Shown: positions 1 to 10,263, counted from the stretch's first letter. The stretch: 64,000 nucleotides of DNA from Candidatus Bathyarchaeia archaeon (GCA_049516875.1 JBEKSS010000001.1:96001-160000), one strand, 5' to 3'. The notes: generated by a model not told the origin, from the letters alone. Numbers and translations are program-made.

Positions 1-2
1 CA

Positions 3-176
3 GTCATGATAGGCGATGAACCGCTCGTAGACGTGAAAATCCCAAAGAAACTCGGCATGCACATAATCCTGCTTGACAGAAAAAACACGCGTCAAAGCAA
101 GCCAGACGAAGCCGACAACAAAGCCTCAACACTAACAGAAGCAATGACCACAGTGGAGAAATGGCATAAGACGTGA
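3..176 (+). CDS. HAD-superfamily hydrolase, C-terminal part (truncated by window start)
   Basis: Manual translation VMIGDEPLVDVKIPKKLGMHIILLDR...KWHKT*; the GD...D..(K/R)..G pattern matches HAD motif IV. Confidence 0.75.
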   Translation, partial: VMIGDEPLVDVKIPKKLGMHIILLDRKNTRQSKPDEADNKASTLTEAMTTVEKWHKT

Positions 177-314
177 CCCTTCCAACATTTCCGCAGAAAC
201 GCACGTGTTTGTTCCTTACACTTTGCTTCAAGCCCAAGTGAATTGCCCCACAAGCCAAGGGCACGCGCTGCTCAAACCTTTTTTACAGCGTGACGTATTC
301 TGAGTAGTGGTCTG

Positions 315-1007
315 TTGCGCAAAACTCGGGCAGTGAGCCTAATTGCAACCTTTGGAGCCTTGCATGCAGTGCTCGCCTTCATCTCGCTAGGAATCGGGCC
401 TTGGCGCAACTGGGCAGTCTATCTGGAGCCTTTCGAAGGAATAATTCTCGGTCCACAAATCGGCTTCTTCGCCGCCCTTATCGGCAGTTCAATCGCCAGA
501 ATGGCTTGGCAAAGCAGCGACTGGATGTTCGGCGTGATTGCGGAGCCACTGAGCGTTTTGATAGCTGGATTTCTGGCCAAAGCCAAATGGAAACCCGTTC
601 TAGCAATCTACTCAATAATGCTGTCAGCCTATTTCATACATCCATTCGGAAGAGAGCTTCCACTCTGGACAATCTTGGACATCCTGCTCACCATATTCCT
701 CATCTATCCTGCCGCGAAGCTCAGCAGCAACCTGTTCGGAACTGACGTTAGACGCTTGTCGATTGCCCTTGCTTTGATATCCTTCACAGTCATAGTCACT
801 GACTCGCTTGTCAGAGTGTTTCTACTCGTCCCAGTCGGCCTTTACAACCTTTTCACGCTTGACTTTGGTTATCTTCAAGGCATGTTCATCACAGCGGCGG
901 GCTTCTCCTATCTTGAAGATGCCGTCGCCGTCGCCATATCATTCCTTGTTGGCGTCCCTTTGCTCACCAGAATTCTCAAGCTGGGACACAATAACAAGCA
1001 AGAATAG
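315..1007 (+). CDS. Multi-pass membrane protein, ECF S-component-like
   Basis: 230 aa, about 7 hydrophobic segments; GIILGPQIGFFAALIGS resembles the S-component GxxxGPxxGxxxxxxG pattern. Confidence 0.6.
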   Translation: MRKTRAVSLIATFGALHAVLAFISLGIGPWRNWAVYLEPFEGIILGPQIGFFAALIGSSIARMAWQSSDWMFGVIAEPLSVLIAGFLAKAKWKPVLAIYSIMLSAYFIHPFGRELPLWTILDILLTIFLIYPAAKLSSNLFGTDVRRLSIALALISFTVIVTDSLVRVFLLVPVGLYNLFTLDFGYLQGMFITAAGFSYLEDAVAVAISFLVGVPLLTRILKLGHNNKQE

Positions 1008-1096
1008 ACCACAAGGCAACTTCTTTCTTGGTTAGCAGGAAAATGTTACGGCAATTCTTAAATGTTCAAGGTTTCAACTTTAGCGCAGGTGCAATC

Positions 1097-2059
1097 TTGT
1101 CGCAACCGCAGTTCAAAAAAGTGTTCATCTTCCTGGACACAGACAAGCACGCAAGCCCCTTTGACATGCTGACAACCATAGACGCTTTTCCAGATGCTAC
1201 TATCATGAAGTTCGAAAACGTGACCGCTGAGGATGCGGACCGAATCCTGTACGACGCAATGTTCCCCAGAGGGCCTGAGGGAGCAAAACACACGAAGGTC
1301 TTCATCAACGGACGCGACTTTGACCTCGCAAACGAAATTCTGGGACGAGCCAAGAAATGCATGTTTCCACCCTTCGAGCTCTCAGTGATAATCGACCCCC
1401 GAGGAGCTTACACAACCGCGTCGGCCGCAGTTGCCAAAACCCTGAAGGTCTCGCTTGAAAAAAACCTTGGAACCTTAGAGAACAAGGATGTCGCCGTGCT
1501 GGCAGGAACCGGACCGGTCGGCCAAACCGCGGCGAGGCTGTACGCATCTGAAAAGGCCAAGGTAATCGTGACTTCGCGCACGCTGCAAAGGGCCTCATCC
1601 GTAGCAGCGAAGATAAACGAAGAGTTCGAAACTGAAACAGTCAGCGGTTTTCAAGCTCAGACCTCTGAAGACGTTGGAAAGGCCATAGCAAACGCGGAAA
1701 TCATTCTCTCAGCCGGAGCAGCCGGAACCGAACTACTCCCATTAGGCGTGCTCAAGGAAAGCGGGAAAAAATGCAAAATCGTAGCCGATATCAACGCGAT
1801 TCCACCGCTCGGAGTTGCAGGCTTGGACTCTAACACGGATGGCAAGGAGATGCTGCCCGGCGTTTTCGGCATCGGCGCACTTGCTATCGGAAAACTCAAG
1901 AACAAAATCGAGGTGGCACTAATCAAAAGGGCTGCAGAAGAGCCTAAAGGCATATTCGACTACAGAATGGCCTATGAACTAGCCAAGAAATCGGTGACTG
2001 AAAAGCGGGAAGACAAGAAAACCCCCAAGACTGAACCTCCGAAAAGCTGGCTCCCCTAA
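1097..2059 (+). CDS. NAD(P)-dependent methylene-tetrahydromethanopterin dehydrogenase (MtdA/MtdB family)
   Basis: ASPFD, FPRGP, PPFELSVIIDPRGAYTTASA, AGTGPVG and DINAIPPLG motifs; TTG at 1097 after GCAGGTG is preferred over the ORF-track start at 1028. Confidence 0.85.
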   Translation: MSQPQFKKVFIFLDTDKHASPFDMLTTIDAFPDATIMKFENVTAEDADRILYDAMFPRGPEGAKHTKVFINGRDFDLANEILGRAKKCMFPPFELSVIIDPRGAYTTASAAVAKTLKVSLEKNLGTLENKDVAVLAGTGPVGQTAARLYASEKAKVIVTSRTLQRASSVAAKINEEFETETVSGFQAQTSEDVGKAIANAEIILSAGAAGTELLPLGVLKESGKKCKIVADINAIPPLGVAGLDSNTDGKEMLPGVFGIGALAIGKLKNKIEVALIKRAAEEPKGIFDYRMAYELAKKSVTEKREDKKTPKTEPPKSWLP

Positions 2060-2493
2060 GGCATAGCCTGCTTGATGTGCAACGCGTTCAGGTCCAATTC
2101 CTTTCTATTCGGTCTAAAACCATAATTGCTGCCGAATCTGATTCCGAAACCGTCCCCGTTGAACCTGGGAATAACGTGCAAATGAACGTGAAGCACCTCC
2201 TGACCAGCAGCCTCACCATCCGCCAAGTGCAAGTTTACCCCCTCACACTTCAAACCTGAAAACCTGAGACCTGCGGCAACCCGCATCGCAACCCTGAACA
2301 GATGCCCTCCCGTTTCTTCATCAAGCTCCTCCAAGCGTGGAACATGACGCTTCGGAACCACAAGCATGTGACCCGGATTGACAGGCTGAATATCCATGAA
2401 CGCCAAAACTCTCTCATCAGAATAAACCATGCTTGCCTGAGTGACGTCTCCAACGATCCGACAGAAGACACAGCCTTCCAACACCAACACCAT
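2056..2493 (-). CDS. HIT family nucleotide hydrolase
   Basis: CVFCRIV, FMDIQPVNPGHMLVVPKRH and HVHLHVIPR (histidine triad); start trimmed from 2622. Confidence 0.92.
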   Translation of the reverse strand: MVLVLEGCVFCRIVGDVTQASMVYSDERVLAFMDIQPVNPGHMLVVPKRHVPRLEELDEETGGHLFRVAMRVAAGLRFSGLKCEGVNLHLADGEAAGQEVLHVHLHVIPRFNGDGFGIRFGSNYGFRPNRKELDLNALHIKQAMP

Positions 2494-2646
2494 GGAAAAA
2501 AGATTTCCCTCCGATTTATATGCATGTTCATTGCAGGCGAGAGCAGAATACTGTTTGCAACGCTGTGTACGCATTGAAAGGCAAGCTTTAAAGAAAAGTG
2601 CGGTATTATCTGTTTGGTCCAATGGAATTTCCAGACTTGAACCCTC

Positions 2647-3648
2647 ATGAGTGAACTTGGCTCGCGCGATGCATCTGCTTCAGGGAAGGCTATAGTAGCG
2701 GAGCACCTGTGCAAGATTTTTGAGGTTACGAAGGGGATGGTGCGAAGAAGAAAGAGCCAGGTGGTTGCCTTGAAGGACGTTTCCTTCGAGGTGGACTATG
2801 GTGAACTTTTCGGACTGGTAGGCCCGAACGGTGCCGGAAAGACAACCACGATAAAGATTCTGACCACCATGCTCATTCCCACCTCGGGCAGAGCCACGGT
2901 GCTGGGCTATGACAGCGAGAAAGAAGTTACAAGAATCAGAGAAAAAATCGGCATAGTCCTGGGGGGAGAAAGGGGGCTGTACACAAGAGTCAGCGCCGTA
3001 GACAATCTCCGATACTTCGCCGACCTCTACGGAGTGCCCAAAAACGTCCGAGATAAGAGAATAAAAGAACTACTGGAGTTCATGGGACTCTCAGACAAGG
3101 CCAACAACCGCGTAGAAACATACTCCAAAGGCATGAAACAACGGCTACACTTGGCAAGAGGATTGATCAATGATCCTGAAATCATCTTCCTGGACGAGCC
3201 GACAGTCGGGCTGGACCCTGAAATCGCCATAGAAACAAGAAAAATGATCAGAGAACTGGTTGAGAAAGGCAAGACCATCCTGTTAACGACGCACTACATG
3301 TTTGAAGCCGACGAGCTCTGCAGGAGAGTGGCGATAATAAGAAACGGCGACATCGTGGCCCTCGACACGCCGTCAGGACTTAAGAAATACGTCATGGAAA
3401 CGAGCGTCGTGGAGGTTGAAGGATTCGGAATCACAGAAAAGGAAGTCGCCAGGTTCAAAGAAATGAAAGACGTCCTGTCAGTCAGCGCCGACCTGGGCGA
3501 GAACAAGCAGATACTGAAGATTCAAACTCCAAAAGGCTCCGAAATAATCTCAGAAGTGCAGGAGATACTCAGGAACAGCCGCATCTACGACATCAAAATC
3601 AAAGAGCCAACACTAGAAGACGCCTACTTGAAACTCGTAACAAGCTAG
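2647..3648 (+). CDS. ABC-2 type exporter ATP-binding subunit
   Basis: GPNGAGKTT, YSKGMKQRL, FLDEPT. Confidence 0.95.
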   Translation: MSELGSRDASASGKAIVAEHLCKIFEVTKGMVRRRKSQVVALKDVSFEVDYGELFGLVGPNGAGKTTTIKILTTMLIPTSGRATVLGYDSEKEVTRIREKIGIVLGGERGLYTRVSAVDNLRYFADLYGVPKNVRDKRIKELLEFMGLSDKANNRVETYSKGMKQRLHLARGLINDPEIIFLDEPTVGLDPEIAIETRKMIRELVEKGKTILLTTHYMFEADELCRRVAIIRNGDIVALDTPSGLKKYVMETSVVEVEGFGITEKEVARFKEMKDVLSVSADLGENKQILKIQTPKGSEIISEVQEILRNSRIYDIKIKEPTLEDAYLKLVTS

Positions 3649-3664
3649 CAACAGAGGTGCAAAA

Positions 3665-4477
3665 GTGTCAAAACCGCTGACAGTTATCTACAGCGCCTTC
3701 AGAATGGCCATGCTTCACTGGATGGCCGATCCCCAGTGGATCATCCCCAACATCATCGCACCCTTCGTGTTCACCACTGTGGCGCTGACGCTCTTCAAAG
3801 GCTCCAGCGCACCGTTCGGCCTCTACGCCGTTTTAGGCGGCGGGATGATGGGCATGTGGGGCAACACCATCTACTCGTCAGGGTTCGCCATCGAATTCGA
3901 AAAGTGGCAAGGAACACTGGAAGAAGTGATAGCGGCCCCCTCCAAACTCATCCACGTGATCGCCGGAAGATCAATCTCAAACGCTCTGTTCGGCCTAACC
4001 AACATGGTGGCGGTACTCATCGTGGGAACACTCGTCTTCAACATCTCCCTCGGAATAGCTAATCCCATCCTGTTCACCATCTCGCTATTACTCACGCTCC
4101 TTTCAGTCTCTGCTTTGGGCTTGATATTCGCTTCCGCCTTTGTACTCTCCAGATCAGCACAGACTCTGACGAACGGGCTGGAGACTCCGCTGTACATAAT
4201 CTCGGGTTCAATGTTTCCAATAGCCCTCCTTCCCTTCTGGATTCATCCCGCAGCCTACATCCTGGGACCAACTTGGGGAATAGACGCCATCAGACTGACA
4301 ACAAGTCAAGACTACGCTTCTCAAACGTTCTGGAAAGGCATGGGAACAAACACGGCACTGTTCCTGGACTTGACGGTTATGATTCTAATAACGTTAGCAT
4401 ACGCTGTGATAGCCACTGTCTTGTTCAAGCTGGTTGAGAAGAGAGCAAGGACAAAGGGGACGCTGATTGAAGCATGA
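3665..4477 (+). CDS. ABC-2 type exporter permease
   Basis: About 6 TM segments; EKWQGTLE and SGSMFPIALLP; operonic with the ATPase. Confidence 0.9.
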   Translation: MSKPLTVIYSAFRMAMLHWMADPQWIIPNIIAPFVFTTVALTLFKGSSAPFGLYAVLGGGMMGMWGNTIYSSGFAIEFEKWQGTLEEVIAAPSKLIHVIAGRSISNALFGLTNMVAVLIVGTLVFNISLGIANPILFTISLLLTLLSVSALGLIFASAFVLSRSAQTLTNGLETPLYIISGSMFPIALLPFWIHPAAYILGPTWGIDAIRLTTSQDYASQTFWKGMGTNTALFLDLTVMILITLAYAVIATVLFKLVEKRARTKGTLIEA

Positions 4478-5265
4478 ACAGCCTGAGAGTTTTCGTAAGC
4501 AGTGCCGTGTTCTCTTTCCGAGCGCAGTTCGACTGGCTGAACCCCTCCATGTGGCTGACGATGAAGCTTGTTCTTTCCTTCTCTCAAATGGCCTTCTTCG
4601 TGTTCGTCGGCCTTTTCTCCGGGGGAGGCGCAGACGTGATATCCTTCATAGCCATCGGCAACGCTCTGCAAGCTCTCTCTTGGAACACCGTGTTTTCCGT
4701 AATCCAGATCACGGGCCACGACAAATGGGACGGAACACTGCCACTGGTGCTGGCTACTCCTGCCAGCCGACTGCCCCTCTTCGTCGGCAGAGCCATGATA
4801 CACGTGCTCGATGGACTAGTCAGTGTAGCCATATCATTCTTCTTCGCCGCGTTCATATTCGGAGTAGACTTCGCACAAGCAAATGCCTTAGCCCTGGCCA
4901 TAACCGTCCTGCTGACGGCCTTCACTATGGCAGGATTCGGCCTGTTAATAGGCGGATTCAGCTTTCACTTCAGAAACCCAATAGTGTTCGCAAACATATT
5001 CACGTTCATACTTCTCATATTCTGCGGAGTCAACTTCCCAGTTGAAGCCCTGCCCCCACTAGCCCAACCAGTCTCCTACGCTTTTCCCCTGACCTACGGA
5101 ATAAACGCGGCCCGACAGGCCATAAAAGGAGCCTCACTGCTTGCAATATCTCCAATCCTTGCTGAGCAAATGGCAGTCGGCACAGTGTCAATAGCCGTTG
5201 GATACCTTCTATTCGAAGCATTCGAACGCACAGCAAGAAAAACAGGAAAAATGGAAGCACTATAG
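4474..5265 (+). CDS. ABC-2 type exporter permease (second)
   Basis: DKWDGTL and GVNFPVEALP; ATGA overlap with the previous gene. Confidence 0.9.
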   Translation: MNSLRVFVSSAVFSFRAQFDWLNPSMWLTMKLVLSFSQMAFFVFVGLFSGGGADVISFIAIGNALQALSWNTVFSVIQITGHDKWDGTLPLVLATPASRLPLFVGRAMIHVLDGLVSVAISFFFAAFIFGVDFAQANALALAITVLLTAFTMAGFGLLIGGFSFHFRNPIVFANIFTFILLIFCGVNFPVEALPPLAQPVSYAFPLTYGINAARQAIKGASLLAISPILAEQMAVGTVSIAVGYLLFEAFERTARKTGKMEAL

Positions 5266-5358
5266 CAGTAGACCTTCACCGCGACGCCGAAGAGCACAGG
5301 CTCAGGTGAAAGCGAAAGAAGTTTAAAGTTCAGCTGCGAAAAGAATGATTGTCTGCTC

Positions 5359-6708
5359 ATGATTCGTTTGTGGTTTGACAAGGGCACTATTCTGTTGCGC
5401 GGGGAGGTTGGGACTCCGTACGGCAAGTGGGATCCCAGAGTTGAGTGTTACAGAATCAAAGCCCTGCATTACTGGGACGTGCTAGCCTACCTGAAGGAAA
5501 GCAAGCTTGCGTTTCAAGATGACGTTCCAAACCTTCCCCCTGTTCAGCAGCTGAACTCAACCGTGGAACTGCGTCCTTACCAGAAAGAAGCCCTGGACAG
5601 GTGGCGCCACGCCAACATGCGCGGAATCCTAGTCCTGCCCACAGCCGCAGGCAAAACTTACGTGGCGTTGAAGGCAATAAGCCTCTTGAAAACGCAGACC
5701 TTCATCGTTGTCCCAACATTAGACCTCATAGACCAATGGCGAAAACGAGTTGCAGAGCATCTGAACACGGAAGCCGGAGCCGTTGGCGGAGGCGAAAACA
5801 CCGTGAAGATGATAACCGTCTCAACCTACGACTCGGCATACCTCCAAGCAGAAACACTCGGCAACAAGTTCATGCTAATAGTCTTCGATGAGGTTCACCA
5901 TTTGGCCTCGCCGAGCTACATGCAAATCGCCGAGATGTACATCGCACCGTACCGCATGGGCCTGACCGCAACGTACGAGAGAAGCGACGAAAGACACTCA
6001 CTCCTGCCGCCGCTGGTCGGAGACCCAGTCTACACCGTGGGCGTTGAAGAGTTGGCCGGAGAACACCTTTCACCGTACACGTACGAGAAAATATTCGTTG
6101 AATTGACCCCGGAAGAACAACGAGCCTACGAAGATGAGATGGCAACCTTCAGACTTTATCTGAGAGAAAAAGGAATCACCCTCAGGAGCGCTGAAGACTT
6201 CCAAAAGTTCATCATGGCCACCGGCAGAGACCACCGCGCGCGAGAAGCCCTCCTTGCCAGAAACCGTGCGTTAAAAATCGCACTCAACTCAGACGCAAAA
6301 CTGCGTCTCTTGGCACGACAACTTGAAGCCAACAGTAACGAAAAAACACTGATATTCACACTGCACAACGACCTCGTCTACACCATCAGCCGCAAGTTTC
6401 TGATACCAGCCATTACCTACCAAACGCCGAAAGAGGAAAGACGAGAAATTCTGGACGACTTTCGGAAAGGCGAATACAAAGCCATAGTCACCTCTCAAGT
6501 CCTCGACGAAGGCATAGACGTCCCAGACGCTTCAGCAGGCTACATAATGAGCGGAACAGGAAGCACAAGAGAATACATACAGAGACTTGGAAGAATCCTG
6601 AGAAAAGTGGAAGGCAAAAAAGCCAAGCTTGTAGAAATCGTGTCCAAAGAAACCGTGGAAGTCGAAATAAGCCGCAGACGACGACACAAAAAGACCAAGG
6701 AGGAATGA
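5359..6708 (+). CDS. xpb: XPB/Rad25-like SF2 helicase
   Basis: LRPYQ, LPTAAGKT, DEVHHL, GLTAT, QRLGRILR; upstream of DUF790. Confidence 0.9.
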   Translation: MIRLWFDKGTILLRGEVGTPYGKWDPRVECYRIKALHYWDVLAYLKESKLAFQDDVPNLPPVQQLNSTVELRPYQKEALDRWRHANMRGILVLPTAAGKTYVALKAISLLKTQTFIVVPTLDLIDQWRKRVAEHLNTEAGAVGGGENTVKMITVSTYDSAYLQAETLGNKFMLIVFDEVHHLASPSYMQIAEMYIAPYRMGLTATYERSDERHSLLPPLVGDPVYTVGVEELAGEHLSPYTYEKIFVELTPEEQRAYEDEMATFRLYLREKGITLRSAEDFQKFIMATGRDHRAREALLARNRALKIALNSDAKLRLLARQLEANSNEKTLIFTLHNDLVYTISRKFLIPAITYQTPKEERREILDDFRKGEYKAIVTSQVLDEGIDVPDASAGYIMSGTGSTREYIQRLGRILRKVEGKKAKLVEIVSKETVEVEISRRRRHKKTKEE

Positions 6709-6711
6709 ACC

Positions 6712-8265
6712 CTGCTTCCAAGCGAACTCCTTGCGGTGTGGAAAAGGAAAGGCAACATCTGGCCCAGATACGCAAGAGCGACCGAAGACACCTTGCAAAT
6801 CGCAAACAGCCTGATTGAAGCCTACAAGAACCAAGTAGGCGAAAAGAAAAGCGTTCTAAAAGCGTTTGCCGGCGAACTTGAGGACGAAGGATACGAATAC
6901 CGCTTTGTCAGAGGCCTCGCCTGTCTCCTGGACAGAAAAGGCACGTTCAAGTGCAACGACAAAATCAACCCGGTAGAGCTGAGAAGAAGAGTTTTTCAGG
7001 CAACAGAAAAGTTTGGCCTTGCGACTACCACGGAACGAAGGAACAGAATAGTCGAAACCGTATCCTCAGAATTGAAGATAACGCCTCAGGCTGTTGACGA
7101 ATTTCTCTACGCTGACCTTGACAGTGAACTAGTCCTTGAAAAATTCGAGCCGCCAACGACTGATGAACTGCTGAAAGAGTACAACCTCAGCCTGACACAA
7201 ACACTCCTCTTCGATTCGACAGAACTGAACTTCACTGCGTCAGGCAACTGGCAGAAGATATTCTACGCCGTGAAAAGGCTGGGACTAATCTACGAGGTCT
7301 ACAAGGACGGCGGGTTCTGGGTGAAGATAGACGGGCCCGCCAGCCTGTTCAAACTCACCAGAAGGTACGGGACAGCAACGGCCAAGCTTCTCCCCATAAT
7401 CATCGCAAGCCCAGAGTGGACTGTTGAAGCGAAGATTCTGTGGAGATACACAAACGAGATATGCAGCTTCAAAATTGAAAGCTGGAAACACCGCTCAATG
7501 CTCAAGAGCCCTCAGCAGCCAACAGTATCCTACGACAGCATCGTCGAACAGGACTTCGCCGGGCAGTTTGAAGGTCTAAGAACAGGATGGCAGCTGAAAA
7601 GAGAACCTGAACCTGTTCCCGTGGGAAAACAGGTGATAATACCCGACTTTTCCCTCGAAAAGGAAGGCGTCAAAGTGTACATGGAAATCGTGGGGTTCTG
7701 GACACTCGAATACTTGCTCCACAAGATGGAGAAACTGAAAAAGATCGATGCAAACACGCTCGTAGCCGTCAACGAAAATCTAGCCTGCGAAAAACTCGCA
7801 GACCTACAGAAAAACGCACAAATAAACATAATATACTACCGCGACAAAATCCCGTTAGCCCCTGTTCTCCGCTACCTAGAAGGAGCATTCCAGAGCGTTC
7901 AAGCAACACAAACAGGATTCCTGAAAAACCTGCCTGTGATATTCACCGAACCCGTTGTCAACTACGAAGAGTTTGCCGCCAGAATCGGCGTATCCACCGA
8001 GGCCGTAAAAGTGGCACTGACAGAGAAGCCGCCGGAAGGCTACACGGTGATGCCCAGCGGCTTAGTTAGAAAAGACAAGCTTGAACAGATCAGAAAGGAA
8101 ATCGAAGAACAACTAAGCCGAACAGGCAGACTGCCTCTGCCCGACGCTATAAGAATCATTGAAACAGAAGGAGTATCAGACGCAACTAAGTCGCTCGAAA
8201 CCCTCGGGTACAAAATAGTCTGGCGCGGAATCAACGCTGAAAAAGCAGAGGTCACTAAGCCCTAG
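6712..8265 (+). CDS. bax1: Bax1 / DUF790 family nuclease
   Basis: YNLSLTQTLL, IDGPASLF..TRRYG, YDS..E..F, IPDF, EIVGFWT; family-type N-terminus (M)LPSELL begins at CTG 6712. Confidence 0.9.
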   Translation: MLPSELLAVWKRKGNIWPRYARATEDTLQIANSLIEAYKNQVGEKKSVLKAFAGELEDEGYEYRFVRGLACLLDRKGTFKCNDKINPVELRRRVFQATEKFGLATTTERRNRIVETVSSELKITPQAVDEFLYADLDSELVLEKFEPPTTDELLKEYNLSLTQTLLFDSTELNFTASGNWQKIFYAVKRLGLIYEVYKDGGFWVKIDGPASLFKLTRRYGTATAKLLPIIIASPEWTVEAKILWRYTNEICSFKIESWKHRSMLKSPQQPTVSYDSIVEQDFAGQFEGLRTGWQLKREPEPVPVGKQVIIPDFSLEKEGVKVYMEIVGFWTLEYLLHKMEKLKKIDANTLVAVNENLACEKLADLQKNAQINIIYYRDKIPLAPVLRYLEGAFQSVQATQTGFLKNLPVIFTEPVVNYEEFAARIGVSTEAVKVALTEKPPEGYTVMPSGLVRKDKLEQIRKEIEEQLSRTGRLPLPDAIRIIETEGVSDATKSLETLGYKIVWRGINAEKAEVTKP

Positions 8266-8353
8266 AACAACACCATCATCAGCATGAACGAATTTATAAG
8301 TCAAAACGTCAGCATAATGAAATTCAAGGGTTTTCCTTAAAGGATGTGAACAG

Positions 8354-9133
8354 ATGAAAAGAACAAAAGCCAAATCTGCAGAAAGCACCTTGAAGAAGAA
8401 AGAACGATTGTGGTTTGACGAGCTGAGCATGAAGGAAGCGGAAAGCAGGGCAAAGGCGAGAAGCGTTGTTATTATTCCTATTGGAAGCGTTGAAGAACAC
8501 GGAGATCATCTGCCGCTCTGTACGGACAGTGTGCAACCTGAGTACGTGGCTTTGAAAGTAGCCAAGAAAACAGGGTGCTTTGTCGCGCCTCCACTGCGGT
8601 ACGGTGTCTGCAACTCTGCACGGGGTTTTCCAGGCACCATCTCAATAACATTCGGTGCGCTGTACAAGATGACGCGAGACATCCTTGAAGAATTCCTCCG
8701 CAACCGTTTCACAAGGATTCTGGTGTTGAGCGGTCACGCGGGTCAAGCGCACATGGCCGCCCTCAGACTTGCGGCTCAGGAAGTTGTCTGGCAACATGAA
8801 AAGGAAAGCCCTGAAAAAAGACCGAGGATAATGGTTTGTTCAGACTACGACTTCGCCTATGAGTTGAAAGGGAAATACTTCAGCGAGAAGGACGGTCACG
8901 CAGGGACGATTGAAACTTCACGGGTAATGGCTATAAGACCTGAACTGATAAAGGCCATAGGCACGAAAAGTTTTCCACGATTCCCAAGGTTCGAAATAGT
9001 GGCCGACCCAGAGCGTTACTTCCCAAGCGGAGTGATAGGCGATCCAACAGCGGCGTCACCTGAAAAAGGCAGAATGATAAACAGGTATGTCGTAAAAGAG
9101 GTCGTGAAATTAGTAGAAGAACTCAAGCGCTGA
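8354..9133 (+). CDS. Creatininase family amidohydrolase
   Basis: PIGSVEEHGDHLPLCTD, SGHAG, DGHAGTIETS, GVIGDP. Confidence 0.9.
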   Translation: MKRTKAKSAESTLKKKERLWFDELSMKEAESRAKARSVVIIPIGSVEEHGDHLPLCTDSVQPEYVALKVAKKTGCFVAPPLRYGVCNSARGFPGTISITFGALYKMTRDILEEFLRNRFTRILVLSGHAGQAHMAALRLAAQEVVWQHEKESPEKRPRIMVCSDYDFAYELKGKYFSEKDGHAGTIETSRVMAIRPELIKAIGTKSFPRFPRFEIVADPERYFPSGVIGDPTAASPEKGRMINRYVVKEVVKLVEELKR

Positions 9134-9261
9134 CGAACCGTCAAAAGGCATGTTATTACCTATTTTCCGCAGAAACAATTTTCACAAACAATCGTAATCG
9201 ACAACCAAAGCCATGAAAACTCTTAAAGAGGATGAAGATGTACTGAAGGCAGGGTTCAAGC

Positions 9262-10263
9262 ATGTCACTTGAGGAGAACAAGCCAGAATTCATGCAAGTC
9301 ACAGGCAATCTTGAGCTGACCGGCAAAGCCGACGATGGCAGTTTATTGGTAAAACATCGCCAGACAGGTAACGTTTGCGCCATAGCGGACACGTTTGCTG
9401 AAATGTTTCCTATGTGGGCTGGAAGAGTTCTGATTACTGCGGACATGGAGAAATGGGCTTTGACAGCTGCCGAGGTTGCAACTGGATTGGCGACGAGCGT
9501 GATAATGTCCCCAGCTGAGGCGGGAATCGAAAGTGTCGTGCTGGCGGAAAAGACCCCAGACAATCGAATCGGCGTTCTGATACAAATGTACAATCGCAGC
9601 AGGTTCGAGCTGAACGGACAGATGATACTGCGCATTGGACAGTGTGTAATGACGTGTCCAACGACGTCGGCTTTTGACGCCATACCGAACGCTAAGAGAA
9701 CGCTGAAAGTTGGAAGAAGCATATGCCTGTTCGGCGACGGGTTCCAGAGAAAGGGCTTGGTGGGATCACGCAAGGTTTGGAAAATCCCCGTGATGGAAGG
9801 CGACTTCATCGTTGAAGACCGATTCGGCATTGCGGAGGCCATAGCTGGAGGTAACTTCATCATCTTTGCTCAGGATAGAGCTTCAGGCCTCGCGGCGGCG
9901 GAGGAAGCGGTGAGAGCCATAAAAGCCAAGAAAAGCGAGGTTATCCTGCCTTTTCCAGGCGGAATTTGCCGTTCGGGCTCAAAAGTCGGTTCTCTGAAGT
10001 ACAAGTTGAAAGCTTCAACGAATCATCCTTTCTGTCCGAGGTTGAGAGAGCTCGTGCCCGATTCGCAGGTGCCCGAAGGCGTGAAGTGCGTCTACGAAAT
10101 CGTCATCAACGGCTTAAGCCTTGAAGCAGTTAAGAGGGCTATAGGCGATGGGGTGAAGGCTGCGGCAGGCGTGCCCGGCGTCGTCAAGATTTCGGCAGGC
10201 AACTACGGAGGAAAGATAGGTCCGTACAAAGCGTTTCTAAAAGAGGCTTTGGAGACAACTTAG
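9262..10263 (+). CDS. ftr: Formylmethanofuran:H4MPT formyltransferase
   Basis: DTFAEMF, ATSVI..PAEAGIE, TPDNR, RIGQCVMTCPTT, FGDG, RSGSKVGS, AGNYGGKIGP. Confidence 0.95.
   Translation: MSLEENKPEFMQVTGNLELTGKADDGSLLVKHRQTGNVCAIADTFAEMFPMWAGRVLITADMEKWALTAAEVATGLATSVIMSPAEAGIESVVLAEKTPDNRIGVLIQMYNRSRFELNGQMILRIGQCVMTCPTTSAFDAIPNAKRTLKVGRSICLFGDGFQRKGLVGSRKVWKIPVMEGDFIVEDRFGIAEAIAGGNFIIFAQDRASGLAAAEEAVRAIKAKKSEVILPFPGGICRSGSKVGSLKYKLKASTNHPFCPRLRELVPDSQVPEGVKCVYEIVINGLSLEAVKRAIGDGVKAAAGVPGVVKISAGNYGGKIGPYKAFLKEALETT

Noticed and set aside
176-315. Riboswitch upstream of the ECF S-component-like gene
   Set aside because: No TPP, FMN or cobalamin consensus is visible, and a TATA-like T-run close to the start implies a short leader.
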